This document shows, piece by piece, positions 8,588-16,102 of a DNA stretch of 40,400 nucleotides. The notes beneath the pieces were generated by a model. The model was not told the DNA's origin. It searched no databases and worked only from the letters and a program-made list of their open reading frames with translations. The position numbers and the translations under genes were made by a program. This DNA comes from an uncultured bacterium (GTDB taxonomy: Bacteria; Bacteroidota; Bacteroidia; 2-12-FULL-35-15), in NCBI GenBank assembly GCA_964014945.1, contig CAXHCC010000001.1, positions 1 to 40,400 on the forward strand, read 5' to 3'. How positions within the stretch are numbered: the stretch's first letter is position 1; every line of letters begins with the position of its first letter.

Positions 8588-9166
8588 ATGACAAGACCAT
8601 TCAAAAGTGACTTAGTAATTGATGAACAAATCTCAGATGTCGGCATAAGGGCTTATCATGTAGGATTTGACAAAAAAGAATTTCGTTTAACCCCTCTTGT
8701 TGACATTATTAGAAACGTTATTCCTGAATTTTCTCTTGGTTATCATTGCGGTGAGAACATCCCATTAACAGAGATTGTTGAGAGACTAAAAGAAGCTGCT
8801 GAAACAGTTTATCTAACCGAGAAGTATCAAACTAGGGGAGAATTTGGAGAGCTTATTTTACACCTACTATTAAGAGACTTCCACGATACTATTCCGTTAA
8901 TTTCCAAAATGTATTTTAAGGACTCCCACAATGTTCCGGCTCATGGGTTTGATGGTGTTCAAATTACAATAAATGGGGATGAGAAAAAGCTATGGTTAGG
9001 AGAATCCAAATTATACAAAACTGGTAAAGTTGGTATTAGAGATTTACTTGGTGACATTACAAAACATGTAAACGAAGACTACATAAGAAAGGAATTTAAT
9101 CTCATTTCTAGAAAACTACCTAGTTCCGTACCTGAAAATAGAATATTGGCGTCAATTAATGGATAA
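8588..9166 (+). CDS. hamA: HamA-like (DUF1837-type) protein, N-terminal part containing a PD-(D/E)xK-like nuclease core
   Basis: RGEFGELILHLLL, then GFDGVQI...LWLGESKLY, giving a D...ExK arrangement (D122, E139, K141). It sits directly upstream of, and is translationally coupled into, an SF2 helicase. The length is short for the family unless it is joined to the next ORF. Confidence 0.6.
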   Translation: MTRPFKSDLVIDEQISDVGIRAYHVGFDKKEFRLTPLVDIIRNVIPEFSLGYHCGENIPLTEIVERLKEAAETVYLTEKYQTRGEFGELILHLLLRDFHDTIPLISKMYFKDSHNVPAHGFDGVQITINGDEKKLWLGESKLYKTGKVGIRDLLGDITKHVNEDYIRKEFNLISRKLPSSVPENRILASING

Positions 9167-9431
9167 ACACCAAAGGCTAGATAAAATATTCTCGAACATT
9201 GTAATTCCAATGGTTTGCACATACAATAGTGAATTATATAATAATCATAACGATAACACTAAGGAGTATTTTGATGATTTTCTAAATGAATGCAATGACC
9301 TGTTTACTAGATTCAATAATGGGAAACCAGAATCAGATGTAGAAATTATTTTACTCCTCTTACCTGTTCCAGATAAAGATGCTTTAAATAGTGAACTAGA
9401 TAAAAGGTTAAAATCAATGCAAAGAATATGA
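9159..9431 (+). CDS. HamA-like C-terminal part (separate 90-aa ORF in a different frame)
   Basis: It overlaps the previous ORF by 8 nt (ATGGATAA). Its frame is already open from 9087. 192 + 90 aa is about the expected size of a single HamA. Its stop overlaps the helicase start (ATGA at 9428-9431). Confidence 0.5.
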   Translation: MDKHQRLDKIFSNIVIPMVCTYNSELYNNHNDNTKEYFDDFLNECNDLFTRFNNGKPESDVEIILLLLPVPDKDALNSELDKRLKSMQRI

Positions 9432-11632
9432 GTTTTGAATCTTATAACCAAGCCGTTGATTTCCTCTCGCAGAAAAAAGAAATATCAACTGAAGACAGTT
9501 TCGATTTGTCCAAGTATTGCACATACCTTTTACGTAACAACGAAATTGAAGGTAGGGACTTAGTCATAAGAATACATGACAGTTGGGATTTTTTGCCTGA
9601 GCATACAAAACCTATATGGAACGATATTACTGAGTCTGCGGGATTATACCCATATGTGAACCCAGAATACTTATCAAAGAGTGCTCTCTTAAGGTTTGAA
9701 TATCATAAGTCCCCCTTTTTAGAAGGCGTGTATTTGCACGAGGAACAACAACAACTATCAGTAGAATTACAAAGCAAAAGGTCACTTGTCGTAAGCGCAC
9801 CGACTAGTTTTGGCAAAAGTTTACTAATAGAAGAGGTAATTGCAAGCAAATTGTATAAACAAATTGTTATTATACAACCCACCCTTGCATTACTAGATGA
9901 GACAAGGAAAAAATTATTAAAATACAAGGACTCTTACAAGGTTGTTGTTTCAACGAGTCAAGAGCCCGATAATGAAAAAGGAAATATTTTCCTTTTCACC
10001 GGTGAACGAGTCGTTGAATATGACAAGTTTCCTAAAATAGAGTTTTTCGTAATTGATGAGTTCTACAAGCTTAGTATTGATAGAGATGATGACAGAGCTA
10101 TTGCATTGAATCAAGCATTTCACAGACTACTCAAATTTACAAACAAGTTCTACTTATTGGGTCCCATGATTAAAAATATCCCGGTAAACTTTAAAAATAA
10201 ATTTGAACTTACTTGGTTCCCTACAGAGTTCGCAACAGTTGCAGTTGATGAAACTAGCAACATGGTTGAAGGTAAACTAAAAGCAAAGGAAAAGAAGGAG
10301 CTTAAAAAGCTAAGTCTTTTCAAGTATCTCATTACCCAGAATGAACAAACAATCGTATACTGCTCTGCACCAAATAGAACAACAAACCTTACTCTTGAAT
10401 TTTTACAATTCCTAAAAGAAAATGTTATTAAAGTCAATAACCCTTATGTTGAAGAAAACAATGATGTTATTGAATGGATAAAAGAGAATATTAACGGTAA
10501 TTGGTCATTAAATGATGCTCTTGAATTTGGAATTGGTTTTCATCACGGTGCTGTTCCTAGGCATTTAGGTAGCACTATAGTTGATTACTTTAACAATGGG
10601 TCTATTAGGTGGCTATTTTGCACTTCAACACTCATAGAAGGAGTAAATACATCTGCTAAGAATGTTGTCTTATTTGATAAGAAAAAAGGTCCAAAACCAA
10701 TTGATTTCTTTGATTACAAAAATATTGCAGGACGCTCTGGGCGAATGAGAAAGCACTTTGTTGGAAATGTAATCCGTTTTGAAGACCAGCCAGAACAAAT
10801 GGAGTTATTTGTTGATATTCCACTATTCAACCAAGAAGAAGCACCTTTAGAAATATTGATAGGCTTAGAAGATGAAGAAATTGAAGAAAATGCCAAGCCT
10901 AGACTTGAGGAGTTCAATAGTCTTCCAGATGATTTAAAGAATGTCGTTAGATTGAATGCAGGCATATCAATTGATGCCCAATTGGAAATAGTAAAAAAAT
11001 TAGAATCAAACCTTCCTTATTACAACAAGGAGTTAGCTTGGTCTTCATTACCAAAGAGTTTTGATAACCTTAGCACCATTATTGAGTTATGTTGGGATAC
11101 CTTAGCAGGCCCAGGTGATAAGACTTATATTGAAGGTATTGGTAGACTTTCTGCACGATGGTTAGCTAGTTTTACGTTTTCCTATATAAATTTGAAATCA
11201 ATAGGAGCAGTAGTAAACACTTATATCAATGATTCCTTTTGGATTGAAAAAATTCCAGATAGACAAAAAAGAATTGATACTGCTACATATTCCATATTGC
11301 ACATTACTCGCCATTGGTTTGACTACAAACTGCCTAAGTGGTTAAATGTAGTGTCTAATTTGCAAGAGTATGTTTTTAAAAAGAACGATTTAAAATACGG
11401 GAACTACTCTTTCATTTCCAGTAGTATAGAAAACGGTTTTTTACACCCTAATATAGCGGCTTTGAGTGAATATGATATTCCTCTTTCTGCTATTAGAAAA
11501 TTAAAGAAATACATCAACAAAGACAGAACTCCTGAAATGAATATTATTAATCTGAATCAACTTTCTGATGAAGAACTTTTATCAAATAGTCTACTAAAGT
11601 ATGAGATTGTTAAAATAAGGAGTGCATTTTGA
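9428..11632 (+). CDS. hamB: SF2 (Ski2/DExH-like) helicase, HamB-like
   Basis: Motif I SAPTSFGKS (about 9794-9820). Motif II FVIDEFY (about 10046-10066). TSTLIEGVN. Motif VI AGRSGR (10727-10744). It has a long alpha-rich C-terminal extension and is coupled to the DUF1837-like gene. Confidence 0.6.
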   Translation: MSFESYNQAVDFLSQKKEISTEDSFDLSKYCTYLLRNNEIEGRDLVIRIHDSWDFLPEHTKPIWNDITESAGLYPYVNPEYLSKSALLRFEYHKSPFLEGVYLHEEQQQLSVELQSKRSLVVSAPTSFGKSLLIEEVIASKLYKQIVIIQPTLALLDETRKKLLKYKDSYKVVVSTSQEPDNEKGNIFLFTGERVVEYDKFPKIEFFVIDEFYKLSIDRDDDRAIALNQAFHRLLKFTNKFYLLGPMIKNIPVNFKNKFELTWFPTEFATVAVDETSNMVEGKLKAKEKKELKKLSLFKYLITQNEQTIVYCSAPNRTTNLTLEFLQFLKENVIKVNNPYVEENNDVIEWIKENINGNWSLNDALEFGIGFHHGAVPRHLGSTIVDYFNNGSIRWLFCTSTLIEGVNTSAKNVVLFDKKKGPKPIDFFDYKNIAGRSGRMRKHFVGNVIRFEDQPEQMELFVDIPLFNQEEAPLEILIGLEDEEIEENAKPRLEEFNSLPDDLKNVVRLNAGISIDAQLEIVKKLESNLPYYNKELAWSSLPKSFDNLSTIIELCWDTLAGPGDKTYIEGIGRLSARWLASFTFSYINLKSIGAVVNTYINDSFWIEKIPDRQKRIDTATYSILHITRHWFDYKLPKWLNVVSNLQEYVFKKNDLKYGNYSFISSSIENGFLHPNIAALSEYDIPLSAIRKLKKYINKDRTPEMNIINLNQLSDEELLSNSLLKYEIVKIRSAF

Positions 11633-11724
11633 AAAAGAATAATACCGCCAAGCACCAACAAGATATATAGTGCATACCCTGCGGGGTACTCACTATTTAC
11701 AAACCGTTATAGAAAATCAAAACA

Positions 11725-12138
11725 ATGAATAAATCTATTGAATTTTTTAAACAATACTATTTAATAGTAGTAATCATCTGTCTGTGTCTCTCTATCTTTT
11801 TCAATTTTTTATCGAATGACTATGAGCTTAACTCTAAAACAATTGACACTGTTAAAAATGGTAAAGTGTTTGAGACTACTTATTACAAAATAGACAGTAA
11901 GAAACCTATCTTCGAAATTCTATCCGCTGTATTTCTCAACCTTGGAATTTCAACATTCATCGCCATCTTCTTTGTAAATTATCTTGACAAGAAGGAAAAA
12001 CAAGAATTTGAAGATAAATTAATGGAATTCCAAAAGAAAACAGCTAAAGATGCTATTGAGTCTGTATTTAATAGGACAATCGAAAAAGAGTTCTTTGACA
12101 TTATTAAATATGACCTTCTCAATGCTAAACTACTTTGA
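11725..12138 (+). CDS. 2-TM membrane protein fragment (first third of a longer disrupted gene)
   Basis: Two hydrophobic helices (YYLIVVIICLCLSIFFNFL and IFEILSAVFLNLGISTFIAIFFVNYL) are followed by a charged helix. It ends at TGA 12136-12138, but coding character continues in the same frame. Confidence 0.6.
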   Translation: MNKSIEFFKQYYLIVVIICLCLSIFFNFLSNDYELNSKTIDTVKNGKVFETTYYKIDSKKPIFEILSAVFLNLGISTFIAIFFVNYLDKKEKQEFEDKLMEFQKKTAKDAIESVFNRTIEKEFFDIIKYDLLNAKLL

Positions 12139-12317
12139 AAGAATGCTAAATGGATTTATGATATTAAGGAAGGTAATGAAGGGCATTTAACATTAGTGAG
12201 AACTCTAAATTATAAACTAAAAAACCTTACACAAAAAGAAATTAAAGAGCCAATCCATTTAACTTACAGCAACAATATTCATTCTCAAGCACAAATAGAG
12301 GCTATAAAGGTGAAAAG

Positions 12318-12325
12318 GGGGGGGG
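12318..12325. repeat. G8 homopolymer at the frame junction of the disrupted gene
   Basis: Direct read of aaaagggggggggaataa. The two frames overlap only at 12308-12330. G7 would fuse them as ...KGEKGGNNDFEDI... Confidence 0.95.
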
Positions 12326-12696
12326 AATAATGATTTTGAAGACATTCAATTAACTCAAACATCCCAAGGTAGTGGCTTTGACAAAGAAGAGGAAATTGTT
12401 ATAATTCCACCAAACTCTGAAATTGAAGTAATTATTATTCTGCGACAAGACTTTAAGCGAGAATATATTTATGAAACCCATTTCACTGTATATCCAATTA
12501 TTAATTTAGAAATTAATGTTTCATTTCCTGAAAACTACGTTTTTGAATTATCCGGTGATTCAATATCAACCAAATACGATTTAAAGCTAAATACTGATAC
12601 AAAGAAAATCTATGAGTTTAGTGGAGGTATTTATAAAGGGCAAGGGATAGAATTTATATGTAGAAAAAAATAATTTCGATAACAAACTGTATAAAA

Positions 12697-12733
12697 CCCC
12701 GCCTAAGCGTAGTTTGTAAAACGCTTACTTATT
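12697..12733. repeat. Hairpin repeat copy A (degenerate right arm)
   Basis: ccccgcctaagcgtagtttgtaaaacgcttacttatt, located 24 nt after the stop of the disrupted gene. It is near-identical to copy B. Confidence 0.8.
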
Positions 12734-12815
12734 ATATTAATTTAACGGTGGCCGAGAAAACTTTAACCGAAGCTTAATAACAAAGAAAAATAATTGGGTG
12801 TTGGCAAACATTAAA

Positions 12816-13253
12816 ATGAAAAAGATTGCAGCTTTCTGTTTAACTCTATTGATAGTTGGTTGCACTACCACCGGAAGGCACTATTTAAGAAACATGACCG
12901 ACAATGATGCATTAATTACTATTAGCTTCGATAATGCAATTCAAATCTCTGACTCCACCAACTCGAGGTACGTCTACGAACCAAAATTGAAGACAATAAA
13001 ATTCGCCCTTTATAAGAGGCTCAAGCAGAATTTAAAAGTTATTCAGTTAAGTAATAAACAACTACAATTCACTCTTCCTGCAAAGTCAACGGCATATTTA
13101 GGAGTAGGACAAAATACACGTCTGTGGGGTTTTAATTCTATAACAATACAGAGCTTAAACAGCGTAGATACAATGAATTGTAAGAACTCTGAGGAACTAA
13201 TTATTAAACGGCATGGATTATTAAGTTACACAGCTCATTATGACATAAAATAA
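12816..13253 (+). CDS. Hypothetical lipoprotein
   Basis: MKKIAAFCLTLLIVGC has a classic lipobox, so ATG 12816 is preferred over the tracked GTG 12798. No other motif was recognised. Confidence 0.65.
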   Translation: MKKIAAFCLTLLIVGCTTTGRHYLRNMTDNDALITISFDNAIQISDSTNSRYVYEPKLKTIKFALYKRLKQNLKVIQLSNKQLQFTLPAKSTAYLGVGQNTRLWGFNSITIQSLNSVDTMNCKNSEELIIKRHGLLSYTAHYDIK

Positions 13254-13342
13254 AAAAAACGTTAACCCAAACTAATATGAAAGCTTATATTTTATTGGGA
13301 TATATTGCATTTGTTTTTGTGACGTGCGCTGTTTATCGTTTA

Positions 13343-13380
13343 CCCCACCTAAGCGTAGTTTGAAACTACGCTTACTTATT
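13343..13380. repeat. Hairpin repeat copy B (perfect 11-bp stem)
   Basis: ccccacctaagcgtagtttgaaactacgcttacttatt. The stem is aagcgtagttt-g-aaactacgctt. Confidence 0.8.
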
Positions 13381-13488
13381 CTAATTACTTCAGCATGCTA
13401 GGGAGCTATACCCATCATTATTTTGTAATTTAACCCTTGTTTAAACATCAAGTATACATAGCAATAACAAAAAATTAGTCCATTAACC

Positions 13489-14028
13489 ATGGGAGTAAAA
13501 ACCTTAAAACTAGCTTACGTTTTTTCTTTTGGTATGCTAATTATTAGTGGCTTGTTCCACCTATTAACCTACTTCCCCACCAATGCTTATGATAACCAAT
13601 TGTTCATTTTTGTGCTAACAGTCGCTACATTCCCTCCATTTTATATTGGTATAAAAAGTTTAAAAAAAGAGTTTGCTGCGCAACAAATTAAGAACCCACA
13701 TATTGCATACCAGCAAGTACTTTCTTCGGTTAAAGAAGCCTTATCGAAAAACGTTATCTGGGTGGGCATTGCACTTGTTGCTTACGTGTTTTTTAATTTC
13801 TTTTTCTCTATACTTTTTTTAAATCAAGGTTTAGGTCCAGACATTGTAAACGGCACCTATGTGCTGCAAGATCATGGTCGTATTGTAAAAGAAATAACGG
13901 CAACAGAATATGCCCTACACCGTAGATATGAAATGCGCGGCATAAGCGGTCACCCCGTTTTATTCCAGTTTATTGCGCTAAACATGATAGACTGGAGCCT
14001 CAAAAAAAGTAAAACACCAGCCGATTAA
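13489..14028 (+). CDS. Hypothetical multi-pass membrane protein
   Basis: At least three hydrophobic segments: FSFGMLIISGLFHLLTYF, LFIFVLTVATFPPFYIGI, VIWVGIALVAYVFFNFFFSILFL. No family was recognised. Confidence 0.5.
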   Translation: MGVKTLKLAYVFSFGMLIISGLFHLLTYFPTNAYDNQLFIFVLTVATFPPFYIGIKSLKKEFAAQQIKNPHIAYQQVLSSVKEALSKNVIWVGIALVAYVFFNFFFSILFLNQGLGPDIVNGTYVLQDHGRIVKEITATEYALHRRYEMRGISGHPVLFQFIALNMIDWSLKKSKTPAD

Positions 14029-14122
14029 CAGTAGCTAATAAATACACCCCTGTTGTTATTCTAAGCCATCACTGTTTTTATTACCTTCGCCATCGCAAAA
14101 CAAATACGCCCCAACTTTAACA

Positions 14123-15394
14123 ATGAAACAATTTTTTACCCTCGTTTTAATCGCACTTATATCACACAACGCAATTGCACAATGCAATGCACCTAACGTT
14201 AAATATGGCATTAGCATTAGCGATAAAGTAGTAAGCTTTACGGATTCTACTTTAAGCGACTCCACCATTACCAACTGGATTTGGGACTTTGGCGATGGCA
14301 ATACCAGCACGCAGCAACACCCGCAACACACCTATGCAGGTACCGGCACCTACTTAACTTGCTTAACGGTTTTCACTGCTTGCAGTGCAGACTCTATTTG
14401 TAAATATGTAACCACCACCTGTAGTATACCCGATACTAAATATGCGGTTGCTGTAAGTGATAAAACAGTCAATTTTACAGATACCACGGCTGCAACGCCA
14501 AGCCCAATCACCAACCGTATTTGGGATTTTGGCGATGGCAATACCAGTACACAACAAAACCCACAACACACCTATGCTGCTACCGGCACTTATAAAACTT
14601 GCTTAACAACGGTAAACGCATGTGGTGCTGATTCTATTTGCAAATTTGTAACCACAACGTGTGCCCTACCTGACACCAAGTTCTCGTATACGCTGAATGA
14701 AAAAACAGCAACTTTTATGGATACCACCGCTGCAACACCCAGCGCATTTAATACTTGGATTTGGGAATTTGGCGATGGCAATACCAGCACCCAACAAAAC
14801 CCACAACATACCTATACCAATACCGGCACCTACCTCACTTGTTTAATAGTGGGTAATGCTTGTGGAGCCGATTCTATTTGTAAACCAACCTACGTAACCT
14901 GCGATACCGTTAAACCGAATTTTACGGCACAAACAAGCTATGGTAAAACAGTGTTGTTTACCAACACCTCTACAGGTAGCGGACAAACACTTTTATGGAC
15001 TTTTGATGATGCGGATACCAGTACAACAAGTGCTCCATCTAAAACATTTGATACCATTGGTAGCCACACCACTTGCTTAAAAGTGAGCAACTATTGTAGC
15101 GTTGATTCTGTTTGTAATGTACACGTTATTACCGACAGTATTGTAGGTATAGAGCCTATACACAACACTACTATCGTTAACATTTACCCAAGTCCTTTTA
15201 ACAACATATTATCTATAGAAGTTAGTGCCGCTAGCACCATTAGCTTACACTCCATTACAGGGGCTTTGGTGCATACGGCCAATGTACAACAAGGAGTGCA
15301 TACACTTGTTACCAAACACCTCAACAAAGGCATTTATTTTGTAAGGGTAAGCAATGCGGACGGAGCCATTACCAAAAAGGTAATTAAAAACTAA
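14123..15394 (+). CDS. PKD-repeat secreted protein with a T9SS type A (Por_Secre_tail) C-terminal sorting domain
   Basis: Signal peptide ...ISHNAIAQ. Four W(D/E/T)F(G/D)D(G/A)(N/D)TST PKD-type units. The C-terminus IYPSPFNNILSIE...GIYFVRVSNADGAITKKVIKN is typical of the type A CTD. Confidence 0.85.
   Translation: MKQFFTLVLIALISHNAIAQCNAPNVKYGISISDKVVSFTDSTLSDSTITNWIWDFGDGNTSTQQHPQHTYAGTGTYLTCLTVFTACSADSICKYVTTTCSIPDTKYAVAVSDKTVNFTDTTAATPSPITNRIWDFGDGNTSTQQNPQHTYAATGTYKTCLTTVNACGADSICKFVTTTCALPDTKFSYTLNEKTATFMDTTAATPSAFNTWIWEFGDGNTSTQQNPQHTYTNTGTYLTCLIVGNACGADSICKPTYVTCDTVKPNFTAQTSYGKTVLFTNTSTGSGQTLLWTFDDADTSTTSAPSKTFDTIGSHTTCLKVSNYCSVDSVCNVHVITDSIVGIEPIHNTTIVNIYPSPFNNILSIEVSAASTISLHSITGALVHTANVQQGVHTLVTKHLNKGIYFVRVSNADGAITKKVIKN
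14183..14900. repeat. Three tandem ~240-bp (80-codon) coding repeats, plus a degenerate fourth unit extending to about 15136
   Basis: ttgggaNtttggcgatggcaataccag recurs at 14281, 14521 and 14761, an exact 240-nt period. Confidence 0.9.
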
Positions 15395-15396
15395 GC

Positions 15397-16095
15397 ATGA
15401 CCATTTATGAACATTACCGCAGCACATCTAAAAGCTCAAAGATAAGAGAGGTTATTTTTGGTTTGGAGGATGGTATGGTATCCACCTTAGGAGCCATTAC
15501 GGGTATTGCTGTGGGTAGTGACGATCCCTTTGTGGTCATCTTGGCTGGTGTGGTGTTAATTTCGGTGGAGTCTTTTTCCATGGCCATTGGTTCTTATATT
15601 TCTAACCAGTCGGAATACGAAATAAACCAACAAATAATTGAAGAAGAAAAAGAAGAAATAAGAGATTACCCCGAACAAGAAAGTGAAGAGTTATTGCAGT
15701 TATTTGTACGTGATGGTTGGCCCAAAGATTTGGCCCAGCAAATGACGGAAGCCGCTGCAAAAAAACCGGAGCTGATGTTAAACGAAATGGTGCACCGCGA
15801 ACTTTTAATAACGCACGAGTCGGCAAGCAGCGCTTTTAAAAATAGCCTGCTCATGTTTTTTTCTTACATGGCTGGCGGAGCATTACCAATAATTGCTTAT
15901 TTGTTATTGCCTATAAAACAAGCCATGCCGGTGTCTGTTGGTGTTACCCTATTAGGCTTGTTTAGCATTGGCGTATACACGGCCAATTATGCTAAAGCAT
16001 CGTGGCTAAAATCGGGCCTACGCATTTTATTGTTAGGTGTTGTATCTTTAAGCATAGGTTATTTAATTGGTGAGGCAGCATCGTTGATAAAATAG
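15397..16095 (+). CDS. VIT1/CCC1-family iron/manganese transporter
   Basis: N-terminal EVIFGLEDGMVSTLGAITGIAVG, an acidic central loop, and C-terminal TM helices. This is the typical VIT family layout. Confidence 0.75.
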   Translation: MTIYEHYRSTSKSSKIREVIFGLEDGMVSTLGAITGIAVGSDDPFVVILAGVVLISVESFSMAIGSYISNQSEYEINQQIIEEEKEEIRDYPEQESEELLQLFVRDGWPKDLAQQMTEAAAKKPELMLNEMVHRELLITHESASSAFKNSLLMFFSYMAGGALPIIAYLLLPIKQAMPVSVGVTLLGLFSIGVYTANYAKASWLKSGLRILLLGVVSLSIGYLIGEAASLIK

Positions 16096-16102
16096 CATAG
16101 CT

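Larger units (their letters stand above)
11725..12673 (+). pseudogene. Disrupted (or phase-OFF) gene of about 316 codons: 2-TM N-terminus plus beta-rich C-terminal domain, broken by an in-frame TGA (12136) and a +1 frame change at the G8 tract
   Basis: Hand translation. Frame 1 continues after the TGA as KNAKWIYDIKEGNEGHLTLVRTLNYKLKNLTQKEIKEPIHLTYSNNIHSQAQIEAIKGEKGGE* (stop at 12328). Frame 2 is open from 12308 to the stop at 12671-12673 and reads NNDFEDIQLTQTSQGSGFDKEEEIVIIPPNSEIEVIIILRQDFKREYIYETHFTVYPIINLEINVSFPENYVFELSGDSISTKYDLKLNTDTKKIYEFSGGIYKGQGIEFICRKK. That stretch has no Met, so it is absent from the ORF track. Confidence 0.6.

Noticed and set aside
8388-8600. A 70-aa hydrophobic minus-strand ORF in the hamA leader
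   Set aside because: It lies in AT-rich non-coding-looking DNA where Ile/Leu/Tyr/Asn-rich ORFs arise by chance. It overlaps the hamA-like start and nothing supports it. A real small membrane protein cannot be strictly excluded.
12136-12138. The in-frame TGA in the cryptic gene as selenocysteine or programmed read-through
   Set aside because: There is no obvious SECIS-like stem-loop immediately downstream, and the surrounding protein is not a redox enzyme. The same gene carries a second lesion at the G8 frameshift, so a nonsense mutation is the simpler reading.
12697-13380. The hairpin repeats as a CRISPR array
   Set aside because: There are only two copies, about 610 bp apart, and a protein-coding gene lies between them. 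The copies are not identical, and no cas genes are present.
8342-13400. The island as a prophage, ICE or transposon
   Set aside because: I can recognise no integrase, transposase, terminal inverted repeats, tRNA target or phage structural genes. Only a compositional anomaly and accessory gene content support foreign origin, so it is reported as an island only.
14056-14790. Three minus-strand ORFs (14056-14331, 14350-14571, 14590-14790) with near-identical N-termini (MCCG.CCVLVLPSPKSQI...)
   Set aside because: They are antisense images of the 240-bp tandem repeat inside the PKD/T9SS gene. The plus-strand gene has a signal peptide, PKD motifs and a sorting domain. The similarity among the three ORFs simply mirrors the repeat.
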